Below are positions 53,889 through 62,654 of a stretch of 64,000 nucleotides of DNA, one piece after another. A program made the translations under genes and the position numbers. Below the pieces are notes generated by a model that saw only the letters and a list, made by a program, of their open reading frames with translations, was not told where the DNA came from and ran no database searches. This DNA is from Comamonadaceae bacterium (GTDB lineage: Bacteria; Pseudomonadota; Gammaproteobacteria; Burkholderiales; Burkholderiaceae_C). The first letter of the stretch is position 1; every line of letters starts with the position of its first letter. The DNA is taken from assembly GCA_031430035.1 (NCBI GenBank), contig JANPAS010000083.1:36769-100768 (forward strand), in the 5' to 3' direction.

Positions 53889-56365
53889 TGGGGACGACAC
53901 TACAGGGCAAGGATAAAGGCGCGGTGCAAGCAAGTGCTTCCCGGCAGGCGCTGTTCTGGTTTCCGTTGGCCACGCTACTGAACGCGTTCTCGATGACCGC
54001 GCTGCTGGTCATCATTGGCATATCAGGGCGCCCCGAGCTTGCTGTGAGCATTGGCCTGGTCCAGGGCGCCACGCTGGCGACCTTTTACGCGTTTTCGGCC
54101 AATGCCCGTAACCTGATACTGGCCGATGGCGATGAAGCGGCGGCTGGCAGGTTGTTCCAGTTGCGGCTGGCTCTGATGCTGCCGCTCGCCGCGATTGCCT
54201 ACCTCCTCAGCGTTACCGCGGGTGGAGTCCCAGACTTTTTGGCACTGGTCTTGATCCTGCGCCGGGCATCCGAGTGGATCGGGGAAATCGGACTTTCCCA
54301 GCACGAGCGCCTGGACCAAGCAAATTTCGCAAAGCGCACGGTATTCTGCGAAGTCATCAGTTTTGTGCTCTGCCTGATCCTTTCGATGGGGTTTGGCGTG
54401 GATTTGGCTTATAGCGCAATTGCCTGGGCGCTCACGCCGATGATCTCCGCAGTGCGGGCGCAACTTTCCTTGCGTACCAGCCGACTTTCCGAAATTTACG
54501 CGTTGTTGCCACACGTCGGTTCGACCGCGATTATCGGCATCTCTGTCTATGCATTTCGTATTTCGATTGTTTTGCTGGTCAGCAAGGTAGTCGCGGGCGA
54601 GTTGTTTACCGCCTTTGCGATTGGCGGAATTATCCCGACCATATTCGGCCAGGCCCTGGCGCCAACCCTGTTGCGGCGTTTCGGTCCGTCGGTCATGCGC
54701 TCATGGTGGCTGGCGGCGTTTCTGTCCACCATGCTGCTGGTCGCTGGCGTCACCATTGTGCTGGCGATTACGCAGCCTGCCTGGCTGCTCCAGCTTGGTC
54801 ATTCTTCGACCTTCTGGATAGCCACAGGACTCTCGATCACCGGCGGCGCAATCATGACGGTTACAACATTATTGCGGGCACGCCTGATCCAAAGTGACCG
54901 GGAGGAGGTCTTCGGCCCCGACCTGCTGTCCAATATCTTGGTCGTGATCTCGATCCCCTTGATCTATTTCGCTATTGGCATGGAATCGTTGGCCGGCCTG
55001 TACCTTTTGAGCGCCATCCTGAACTTGGTTTACCTGTTGGGTGCGACAGGCAGTAGATATATTGGTGAGCCCATTCTTCGCCGCATCCTGTTTGCGTTGG
55101 GATTCCTTCTGATGTGCCCGGCCTTTTTCCTGTTCGACGGAACCCTGTTCCGAAATCCGGACATGTACTACGATACGAGCGACCAATTCCTGCGTTTGCC
55201 TCTACCCATATCGCTTTTGGGACTGTTCGGTGGCATCGCCATCCTTGGCAACTACGTGGCGGCGAAGCGGAGCTTGATCACCATATTTTTTACTATGTTG
55301 CTGCTCGTGGCGAGTGTGTTTGGCCTGGCGGGGGGCAACGCGGCAGATGAAGGCGGCAAGCTGGTGCTGTTGGCGCAGTTTATGTTTCCGATTTTCGGTC
55401 TGGCATTGGGCGAGATGTTCGGGGCAGTTGCACGCGGCCCCATTTTTGAACGTATTGCGCTGTGGCTCTTGCTGCTGATTCTTCCGGCGCAACTGCTTTC
55501 GGGCTGGCTCGCGGGCCAAATGGATGCGACAGCACTGATTTTCTTCTTCAGCATTTACAAGCACCGACTGTACTTTCCGACGATCGTTGCCGCCTTGCTC
55601 ATCATGATCAGCTTCGCACTTTGGGGCCGGTCGGGATGGGCCCGTATCGCCATCGCTTGCCTGATCCCGATTGCACTGGTTCAGCTTGTTGCCTCCGGAT
55701 CTGTCAATGCACTGGCCGCGGCGGTGATTGGCTTGGCGGGCTTCGTGGTCTTCCATTGGCGGGATCGCCGGTATCGCTGGCAGCTAGCCTCTATCCTAGT
55801 CGTCGCGTTGCTATCAGGCGCCGGTTATTCGCTCCTGCGCGATACGCACAATCTAGACAACCAGGGACATGCAAAATCGAGTGCCGAGTCAATCCCGATC
55901 CAGTCCCCGGCACGGCCTGGATCGTCCGACGCGACCTGGTCGATCTCGGGCGCCACGACACGCGCGCGGGCCGGGCAATGGCGCTTCTTCACGGGTGAAA
56001 TAATCGCATCTCCAACGGCCTTCCTGCTCGGTCACCAGATACGGCCAGACCGGAGCCTACATCCCAACGCGCAAAACTATTGGCTCGATGCCATGTACAG
56101 CTTCGGCGCGCTGGCGATCCTGCCCCTCATCACATTGCTGGCCATGACCGCACGCGTAGCATGCAAGCGGCGCCGCGAGCTGTGCTCGGATCCTGTTCTG
56201 TTGGGTACCGCGATGGCAGCCGGCTACCTAGTTTTGGTCGAAAGCATGTTCCATGTCGGCTTGCGGGTGCCGTACCCAGGAATCATCGCTTTCTTTATCC
56301 TTGGACTCCTGATTGCCCGCCTGAAGGGCGAGGTCAGTCCAGCCGAACGGAATGGTGATTCATGA
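53888..56365 (+). CDS. 825-aa polytopic membrane protein; the C-terminal half is O-antigen polymerase/ligase (Wzy_C)-like and the N-terminal half is possibly flippase-like
   Basis: More than 18 hydrophobic segments. The C-terminal region SGSVNALAAAVIGLAGFVVFHWRDRRYRW ... LLGHQIRPDRSLHPNAQNYWLDAMYSFGALAILPLI resembles the Wzy_C/O-antigen ligase core and its terminal H-x-N-x-x-L segment. The resemblance of the N-terminal ~420 aa to MOP-type exporters is weak. Confidence 0.4.
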   Translation: MGTTLQGKDKGAVQASASRQALFWFPLATLLNAFSMTALLVIIGISGRPELAVSIGLVQGATLATFYAFSANARNLILADGDEAAAGRLFQLRLALMLPLAAIAYLLSVTAGGVPDFLALVLILRRASEWIGEIGLSQHERLDQANFAKRTVFCEVISFVLCLILSMGFGVDLAYSAIAWALTPMISAVRAQLSLRTSRLSEIYALLPHVGSTAIIGISVYAFRISIVLLVSKVVAGELFTAFAIGGIIPTIFGQALAPTLLRRFGPSVMRSWWLAAFLSTMLLVAGVTIVLAITQPAWLLQLGHSSTFWIATGLSITGGAIMTVTTLLRARLIQSDREEVFGPDLLSNILVVISIPLIYFAIGMESLAGLYLLSAILNLVYLLGATGSRYIGEPILRRILFALGFLLMCPAFFLFDGTLFRNPDMYYDTSDQFLRLPLPISLLGLFGGIAILGNYVAAKRSLITIFFTMLLLVASVFGLAGGNAADEGGKLVLLAQFMFPIFGLALGEMFGAVARGPIFERIALWLLLLILPAQLLSGWLAGQMDATALIFFFSIYKHRLYFPTIVAALLIMISFALWGRSGWARIAIACLIPIALVQLVASGSVNALAAAVIGLAGFVVFHWRDRRYRWQLASILVVALLSGAGYSLLRDTHNLDNQGHAKSSAESIPIQSPARPGSSDATWSISGATTRARAGQWRFFTGEIIASPTAFLLGHQIRPDRSLHPNAQNYWLDAMYSFGALAILPLITLLAMTARVACKRRRELCSDPVLLGTAMAAGYLVLVESMFHVGLRVPYPGIIAFFILGLLIARLKGEVSPAERNGDS

Positions 56366-57585
56366 AACTGCTTTTGAGCACACAGTATTTCTGGCCTGAA
56401 AGTTTCAGCATCAACGAAGTTGCAAGAACCCTTGTGAAACGAGGTATTGAACTGGTTGTGATGACAGGCAAGCCGAATTATCCTGAAGGGAAGATGTTCC
56501 CCGGTTATGCACCGCTAACCCTGGACCGCGAAGACTACCAAGGGATTCGCATACGCCGCGTGCCGATCATTACACGCGGTATACGAAATCCATTACGCTT
56601 GGCACTGAATTATCTGTCCTTCATCGTTTCAGGCAGCCTGCTCGGACCCTGGGTGCTACGGAACTTTCGTCCCGACGCAATCTTGGTGTACTGTACCTCG
56701 CCTTTGTTGCAGGCGATTCCAGCCCTCTTGATCGGACGAATCAAAAAAGTACCGGTCGCGCTTTACGTGCAGGACCTCTGGCCAGAGAGCCTAGAAGCGA
56801 CCGGCTATGTTCGCAGCCGCTGGATCATTCAAGCTGTTGGCTGGGTGGTGAAGTTGATTTATCGACATGTCGACCTGATCCTGGTTTCATCGCGGCCGTT
56901 TGAAGATTCAATCCGGCGCATGGCACCCGATGCCCGTATTGTCTATTTACCGAACTCTGTCGATGCGGCGCTTTCCGATCCCGATTCGGGACAAAAGCCG
57001 CATGTGCCGGCGCTTGATTCTGGATTCTCTGTTGTTTTTGCCGGGAACATCGGGGCTGCCCAGGCGGTCAATGTCATCGTGGATGCTGCTGCACTGCTCG
57101 CGGCTTACCCTGAGATCAGGCTGGTGGTCCTTGGATCGGGCAGCGAGCTCGGATGGATGCAACAGCAACGTGAACAACGCAGCCTGGACAACCTGCACCT
57201 GCCGGGCCGCTTTTCAGCCGATTCGATGCCCTATCTGCTTTCCCGTGCGTCTGCCTTGCTGGTGACGCTGGCAGACCGGCCCATTTTCTCCATGACGGTA
57301 CCGAACAAGATCCAAGCGTACATGGCGGTCGGCCGCCCTATCATCGCGTGTCTGAACGGCGAGGGCGCGCGACTGGTCACTGAGGCGGGCGCTGGGATCA
57401 CGGTACGGGCCGAGGATGCGCGCGGCCTGGCCGCCGCCGTGCTGCGGCTTTATCGGATGTCTCCCGATCGACGCGGGCAATTGGGCATGCTTGCCCGACA
57501 ATATTATCGACAACATTTTGAGCATGAGAAACTGGTCACCGAAATGGTCAGCCATCTGAAGCAAGCTATTGGGAGCAAAGCATGA
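56362..57585 (+). CDS. GT4 glycosyltransferase, WbuB-like (L-6-deoxy-HexNAc transferase type)
   Basis: MKLLLSTQYFWPESFSINEVARTLVKRGIELVVMTGKPNYPEGKMFPGY is the characteristic WbuB-type N-terminus. It sits next to FnlA/2-epimerase-type genes. Confidence 0.7.
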   Translation: MKLLLSTQYFWPESFSINEVARTLVKRGIELVVMTGKPNYPEGKMFPGYAPLTLDREDYQGIRIRRVPIITRGIRNPLRLALNYLSFIVSGSLLGPWVLRNFRPDAILVYCTSPLLQAIPALLIGRIKKVPVALYVQDLWPESLEATGYVRSRWIIQAVGWVVKLIYRHVDLILVSSRPFEDSIRRMAPDARIVYLPNSVDAALSDPDSGQKPHVPALDSGFSVVFAGNIGAAQAVNVIVDAAALLAAYPEIRLVVLGSGSELGWMQQQREQRSLDNLHLPGRFSADSMPYLLSRASALLVTLADRPIFSMTVPNKIQAYMAVGRPIIACLNGEGARLVTEAGAGITVRAEDARGLAAAVLRLYRMSPDRRGQLGMLARQYYRQHFEHEKLVTEMVSHLKQAIGSKA

Positions 57586-58436
57586 AGATATTGGTACTTG
57601 GTGCGAATGGAATGATTGGCGCGACGATGTTTCGCGTGCTGTCAGAAAATACAAATTGGTCAGTGGCGGGAAGCGTACGGTCCGAAGCGGCACGCCGGTT
57701 CTTGCCGGCCCCGCTCGCCAGCCGGCTGCGCGCTGGCGTCGAACTTGCCAATCCGGATGGCCTGCTCCAATTGTTCAGTCACGTAAAACCGGAGGTGGTG
57801 GTAAATTGCGCAGGCCTGACCAAGCATCTACCCGGCGGTAACGACCCATTGCCCGCCCTGACCATGAATGCGATGCTGCCGCACAGGCTGGCTGAACTGT
57901 GCGGCGTTGCCGGCGCCCGACTGATCCATGTAAGCACAGACTGCGTCTTCTCGGGGAAAACTGGGAATTACCGCGAGACCGACCATGCAGACGCTACCGA
58001 TGTGTATGGAAAAACCAAGCATCTGGGCGAAGTGGCCGGCCCGAATCTGGTCACCCTGCGCACGTCCACCATCGGGCATGAAAACGGGTCGCAATTCGGA
58101 TTGCTGGAATGGTTCCTAGCGCAGAAAGAATGCAAAGGCTATCGCCGTGCGATCTTCTCTGGCTTGCCTACAGTAGAATTTGCCCGGGTAGTGCGCGACT
58201 TAGTGATCCCGAACCCTGCGCTGGCCGGCCTCTATCACGTTGGTGCCAGCCCGATTGACAAGGACAGCCTGCTTCGCCTGATTGCGAAAGAGTACGGCAA
58301 GACGACGACAATCCACCCAGATGACGCGATGGCCATTGACAGGAGCCTGGATGCGGATGTGTTTGCCGCTGCCACAGGCTACCGCGCACCGGATTGGCCG
58401 ACGCTGGTTTCCCAGATGCACACAGATAGAATTTGA
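57582..58436 (+). CDS. RmlD-like SDR 4-reductase
   Basis: MKILVLGANGMIGATM, VVVNCAGLTK, IHVSTDCVFSG and YGKTKHLGE (YxxxK). The 284-aa length resembles the reductases of UDP-L-QuiNAc/L-RhaNAc pathways rather than the ~370-aa FnlB. Confidence 0.6.
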   Translation: MKILVLGANGMIGATMFRVLSENTNWSVAGSVRSEAARRFLPAPLASRLRAGVELANPDGLLQLFSHVKPEVVVNCAGLTKHLPGGNDPLPALTMNAMLPHRLAELCGVAGARLIHVSTDCVFSGKTGNYRETDHADATDVYGKTKHLGEVAGPNLVTLRTSTIGHENGSQFGLLEWFLAQKECKGYRRAIFSGLPTVEFARVVRDLVIPNPALAGLYHVGASPIDKDSLLRLIAKEYGKTTTIHPDDAMAIDRSLDADVFAAATGYRAPDWPTLVSQMHTDRI

Positions 58437-58448
58437 AGAGGTAAAAGA

Positions 58449-59459
58449 ATGTTCGATGACAGCGTATTGATGATTACCGGCGGCACCGGCTCATTCGGCA
58501 ACACGGTCCTGAACCGTTTCCTGAATACCGGTGTACGGGAAATCCGGATTCTGAGCCGGGATGAAAAAAAGCAGGAAGACATGCGGATCGCCCTGAACAA
58601 TCCGAAGCTGCGCTTTTACATCGGCGATGTGCGCGACTATGACAGCGTGTCGCAGGCGATGAAGGGGGTGGATTATGTGTTCCACGCCGCGGCGCTGAAG
58701 CAAGTGCCGTCTTGCGAGTTCTACCCCATGGAAGCCGTGCGTACCAATGTGCTCGGCACCGAGAATGTGCTCAGCGCAGCCACGATGAACGACGTCAAGC
58801 GCGTGGTGGTGCTGAGTACTGACAAGGCCGTGTATCCGATCAATGCGATGGGCATTTCCAAGGCCATGGCAGAGAAGGTAATGGTCGCCAAGGCGCGCAT
58901 GCAGCAAGCCGGCGAGACCGTCTTTTGCGCAACGCGCTACGGCAATGTGATGGCATCACGCGGTTCAGTTATTCCGTTGTTTGTATCGCAGCTAAAGGAA
59001 GGTAAGCCTTTGACAGTAACAGACCCGAATATGACTCGGTTTTTGATGTCCCTAGAGGACTCAGTTGACTTGGTGTTATACGCTTTTGAGCATGGTGCAC
59101 AAGGTGATATCTTTGTACAAAAAGCACCAGCTTCCACAGTCGCAGATTTGGCTCAGGCTGTTAAAGAATTGTTCAATTCGGGTGAGCCCGTGCGTGTGAT
59201 TGGCACACGTCACGGTGAGAAGTTATATGAGTCTTTAATCTCACGAGAAGAAATGGTCAAGGCACAGGACATGGGTGAGTATTACCGCATACCGGCTGAC
59301 AATCGTGACCTGAACTACGCACAATATTTCAGTGAGGGTGAAGAAAAAATATCGACCCAAGAAGATTACACCTCGCACAGCACCACTCGTTTGAATGTTG
59401 AGCAGGTGAAAGAGATCTTGCTGAAATTAGATTACATCAAGGAAGAGCTTAATGTTTAA
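58449..59459 (+). CDS. UDP-N-acetylglucosamine 4,6-dehydratase/5-epimerase (FnlA/CapE/WbvB family)
   Basis: LMITGGTGSFGNTVLNRFL, VFHAAALKQVPSCEF, LSTDKAVYPINAMGISKAMAEK (MxxxK replacing YxxxK, as in CapE/FnlA) and RYGNVMASRGSVIPLF. Confidence 0.85.
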   Translation: MFDDSVLMITGGTGSFGNTVLNRFLNTGVREIRILSRDEKKQEDMRIALNNPKLRFYIGDVRDYDSVSQAMKGVDYVFHAAALKQVPSCEFYPMEAVRTNVLGTENVLSAATMNDVKRVVVLSTDKAVYPINAMGISKAMAEKVMVAKARMQQAGETVFCATRYGNVMASRGSVIPLFVSQLKEGKPLTVTDPNMTRFLMSLEDSVDLVLYAFEHGAQGDIFVQKAPASTVADLAQAVKELFNSGEPVRVIGTRHGEKLYESLISREEMVKAQDMGEYYRIPADNRDLNYAQYFSEGEEKISTQEDYTSHSTTRLNVEQVKEILLKLDYIKEELNV

Positions 59460-60576
59460 AATTATGACCATTGTCGGCACGCGCCCCGAGCTGATCAAAA
59501 TGAGCAGAGTGATTGCTGAATTTGACCAGCACACGCGCCATATTCTGGTGCATACAGGGCAAAATTATGATTACGAGTTGAACGAACTTTTCTTTGACGA
59601 TTTGGGCATTCGTAAACCAAATTATTTTTTAGAAGCGGTAGGTGATAACGCTGCGCAAACCATTGCACGAGTTATCGAAAAGTCTGATGCCGTTATGGAG
59701 AAGGAGCAACCTGATGCCGTCATGCTTTATGGCGACACCAATTCTTGCCTGGCTGTGATTGCGGCAAAGCGTCGCAAAATACCAGTATTCCACATGGAAG
59801 CAGGTAACCGGTGTTTTGACCAGCGAGTGCCCGAGGAGCTTAATCGCAAGGTGCTAGATCACCTGAGTGACATAAATTTGGTTCTTACAGAGCATGCCAG
59901 GCGCTATCTGATAGCCGAGGGTATTCGTCCCGAGACTATTATCAAGACTGGCTCTCACATGCGTGAGGTATTAGACTTTTATATGCCGAAGATTGAAAAG
60001 TCGGACGTAGTTCAGCGTATGGGGCTGGAGTCAAATAAGTTTTTTATTGTCAGTGCGCACCGTGAAGAAAATATTGACAGTCCAGAAAACATGTTGGACA
60101 TGGTCAAGACACTTAATGCATTGGCCGAGGCGTATAACTCTCCGATTATTGTCTCAACGCATCCCCGCACCAAAAAACGGTTGGATTCAATGGAGTTGGG
60201 GCAACTTAACCCACTCATCCAATTTTTGAAACCTTTTGGATTTTGTGATTACATCAAGTTGCAAATGGAATCCTTATGCGTGGTATCTGACAGTGGAACC
60301 ATTTTTGAAGAAGGTTCACTGCTCAACCTGCCGGCCATCACAATTCGAAATGCGCACGAGCGTCCTGAAGGCATGGACGTGGGCACGCTGATCATGAGTG
60401 GCTTAAAGTCGGAGCGTGTGCTTGATGCTGTGCGCGTCATTCTCGCCCAACATGATAAGTCTAAACGGGTGATAGATCGGGTTGAAGACTACGAAGGTGG
60501 GCCCGTATCAAAGCAACTCTTGCGTGTTGTTATGAGTTATGTGGACTACGTGAATCGCACCGTTTGGTCGAAATGA
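59452..60576 (+). CDS. UDP-N-acetylglucosamine 2-epimerase, non-hydrolysing (FnlC/CapG/WbvD type)
   Basis: IMTIVGTRPELIKMSRVI, LYGDTNSCLA, FHMEAGNRCFD..VPEELNR and VVSDSGTIFEE. Confidence 0.9.
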   Translation: MFKIMTIVGTRPELIKMSRVIAEFDQHTRHILVHTGQNYDYELNELFFDDLGIRKPNYFLEAVGDNAAQTIARVIEKSDAVMEKEQPDAVMLYGDTNSCLAVIAAKRRKIPVFHMEAGNRCFDQRVPEELNRKVLDHLSDINLVLTEHARRYLIAEGIRPETIIKTGSHMREVLDFYMPKIEKSDVVQRMGLESNKFFIVSAHREENIDSPENMLDMVKTLNALAEAYNSPIIVSTHPRTKKRLDSMELGQLNPLIQFLKPFGFCDYIKLQMESLCVVSDSGTIFEEGSLLNLPAITIRNAHERPEGMDVGTLIMSGLKSERVLDAVRVILAQHDKSKRVIDRVEDYEGGPVSKQLLRVVMSYVDYVNRTVWSK

Positions 60577-60605
60577 GTAGTTGCAAAAGCTACTTCAGGA
60601 GATTT

Positions 60606-61130
60606 CTAATGTATTTTTTTGAGATGCTCAAGCGCAATCGGCAGGGCGATGGGTTTATTTAGCAATTCAATCAGCACAAAGGCTCTGACTTCGCCGCTAG
60701 GCATTTGGGCTAGACGTTGGTAAATGCCTTCAACACCTGCAAACGCACCTTGCTGAATCGCAACGGAATCGTTGGCATGAAAGATTGCCACAGGCGCTTG
60801 GCGTGACTCGTGGTGTTTGACAAGTTCCGCAATGAGCGCATTGTCGACAACAGCTGGACTAGTACCAAAACTCACCAAGCGTTGCACCCCCGTTGTGGAG
60901 CGAATGGGTGCCCAGCTTTGTTTGTTAAGGCCTGCGTCTGCTGCCGCATGTTCTAGCTGAATAAACACATAGCGCGGGAAAAGCGGTTCAGTGGCGATGC
61001 GAAACTTACCTCGACTGACTTTTTGCACATCCAGCGTCGGTAAGAAGCAGGTATAGCCTTGGCGTTCTAAGTTTTCTACGGCCTGCTGCTCAAGGCGAGG
61101 CTTGGTATGAACCACATGCCAGCGCTTCAT
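60606..61130 (-). CDS. rfaH: RfaH-type (NusG paralogue) transcription antiterminator
   Basis: NGN domain MKRWHVVHTKPRLEQQAVENLERQGYTCFLPT ... EPLFPRYVFIQL. KOW-like C-terminus GVEGIYQRLAQMPSGEVRAFVLIELL. Its start overlaps the rmlC stop (ATGA), so it is the last gene of the rml operon. Confidence 0.75.
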   Translation of the reverse strand: MKRWHVVHTKPRLEQQAVENLERQGYTCFLPTLDVQKVSRGKFRIATEPLFPRYVFIQLEHAAADAGLNKQSWAPIRSTTGVQRLVSFGTSPAVVDNALIAELVKHHESRQAPVAIFHANDSVAIQQGAFAGVEGIYQRLAQMPSGEVRAFVLIELLNKPIALPIALEHLKKIH

Positions 61131-61714
61131 AGAGGGTGTTTAGGCTCAATGACGCGCCCATCAATATCTTCATAGCGAACGATACCCTCTTTATCTTTTG
61201 CGGAGAGCTGCGGCTGCATACCCCCCAACCGTCCCAGCTGCCAATCAACGGCGAGTACGGGGTCATTCCATGCAATGCAGCGTTCGTGTTCAGGGCTATA
61301 AAACTCGGTCGTTTTGTAGAGGAACTCCGCCGTCTCAGATAAAGTGACAAAGCCATGGGCAAAGCCTTCTGGAATCCACAGTTGGCGTTTGTTGTCGGCG
61401 GTGAGAAGTATGCCAAACGATTGCCCTCGGGTAGGCGAGTTTGGCCGGATATCGACACTGACATCCCACACCTCACCTTGCGTCACACGAACTAACTTTC
61501 CTTGCGCATGCGGCGCAGTTTGGTAGTGCAAGCCGCGCAAAACGCCCTTGCTGGATTGGCTGTGGTTGTCTTGCACAAATGAGGCTGCGCTCTGACCTGT
61601 TGCGGCGTTAAAGGCGTTGCTATTAAAGCTCTCAAAGAAAAATCCGCGTTCATCCGCAAAGACTTGGGGTTCAAAAACGAGGAGATCAGGAATCGAGGTT
61701 TGAATCACCTTCAT
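61127..61714 (-). CDS. rmlC: dTDP-4-dehydrorhamnose 3,5-epimerase
   Basis: IPDLLVFEPQVFADERGFFFESF, LRGLHYQ..HAQGKLVRV, GEVWDVSVDIR and IPEGFAHGF. Confidence 0.9.
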   Translation of the reverse strand: MKVIQTSIPDLLVFEPQVFADERGFFFESFNSNAFNAATGQSAASFVQDNHSQSSKGVLRGLHYQTAPHAQGKLVRVTQGEVWDVSVDIRPNSPTRGQSFGILLTADNKRQLWIPEGFAHGFVTLSETAEFLYKTTEFYSPEHERCIAWNDPVLAVDWQLGRLGGMQPQLSAKDKEGIVRYEDIDGRVIEPKHPL

Positions 61715-62601
61715 TAAGCGACTTTCTCTTTGAGCACATGCTGCAAATACTTGCCGTACGCATTTTGAGACAACGGTGCGGCCAGCTTTTCTAGCTGGGC
61801 TGAGTTAATCCAGCCCATTCGCCATGCAATCTCTTCTGGGCAAGCGATTTTGAGTCCTTGTCGTTGTTCTAAAACCGCGATGTATTGGCTTGCGGCCAGC
61901 AAGCTGTCGTGCGTTCCCGTATCCAGCCACGCATAGCCGCGCTGCATGATTTGCACATTGAGCTGATCACGTTTCAAATACGCATCGTTAATAGCCGTGA
62001 TTTCTAACTCGCCACGCGCGGATGGCTTTACGCTCTTGGCGATTTCTACGACTTGGTTGTCGTAGAAATAAAGTCCTGTCACAGCAAAATTGCTTTTAGG
62101 ATGCTCTGGTTTTTCCTCAATGCTATTGGCCTTGCCGTCGGCATCAAATGACACCACACCATAGCGCTCGGGGTCTTGCACATGATAGGCAAACACGGTG
62201 GCGCCGCTGGTTTGACTATCCGCATCGGTCAGCAACTTGGCAAACTCGTGCCCATAAAAAATATTGTCACCTAAAACCAAAGAACAGGGGTCGCTGCCAA
62301 TAAACTTCTCGCCAATGATGAAGGCTTGCGCAAGCCCATCGGGACTAGGCTGCACGGCGTACTCAAGGTTCATGCCCCATGCAGAGCCATCACCCAAGAG
62401 CTGCTGAAAACGCGGCGTGTCTTGCGGCGTACTGATGATGAGCACGTCGCGAATGCCCGCCAGCATCAGGCAAGACAGCGGGTAGTAAATCATTGGCTTG
62501 TCATAGACAGGCAGGAGCTGCTTGCTAATCGCCAAGGTCGCAGGGTGCAGCCGAGTGCCCGAGCCGCCAGCCAAGATGATGCCTTTACGTTTAGTTGTCA
62601 T
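61714..62601 (-). CDS. rmlA: Glucose-1-phosphate thymidylyltransferase
   Basis: [46 protein letters not shown] and [13 protein letters not shown]. Confidence 0.95.
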   Translation of the reverse strand: MTTKRKGIILAGGSGTRLHPATLAISKQLLPVYDKPMIYYPLSCLMLAGIRDVLIISTPQDTPRFQQLLGDGSAWGMNLEYAVQPSPDGLAQAFIIGEKFIGSDPCSLVLGDNIFYGHEFAKLLTDADSQTSGATVFAYHVQDPERYGVVSFDADGKANSIEEKPEHPKSNFAVTGLYFYDNQVVEIAKSVKPSARGELEITAINDAYLKRDQLNVQIMQRGYAWLDTGTHDSLLAASQYIAVLEQRQGLKIACPEEIAWRMGWINSAQLEKLAAPLSQNAYGKYLQHVLKEKVA

Positions 62602-62605
62602 AGAG

Positions 62606-62654
62606 TTATCCCCTCTCCCTTGATGGGAGAGGGCTAGGGTGAGGGTGAAGGTGG
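62606..62654. repeat. REP-like element with a perfect 9-bp hairpin, forming the 3' end of rmlD
   Basis: CCCTCTCCC (62611-62619), loop ttgat, GGGAGAGGG (62625-62633), flanked by CTAGGGTGAGGGTGAAGGTGG. It has the same architecture as the element at 2441-2484, in the opposite orientation. Confidence 0.6.

Noticed and set aside
60577-60605. A possible bidirectional terminator between the convergent 2-epimerase and rfaH genes (agtagttgcaaaagctact).
   Set aside because: Only about 5 bp of clean stem are present, with mismatches beyond, and there is no flanking T or A tract. This is too weak to call.
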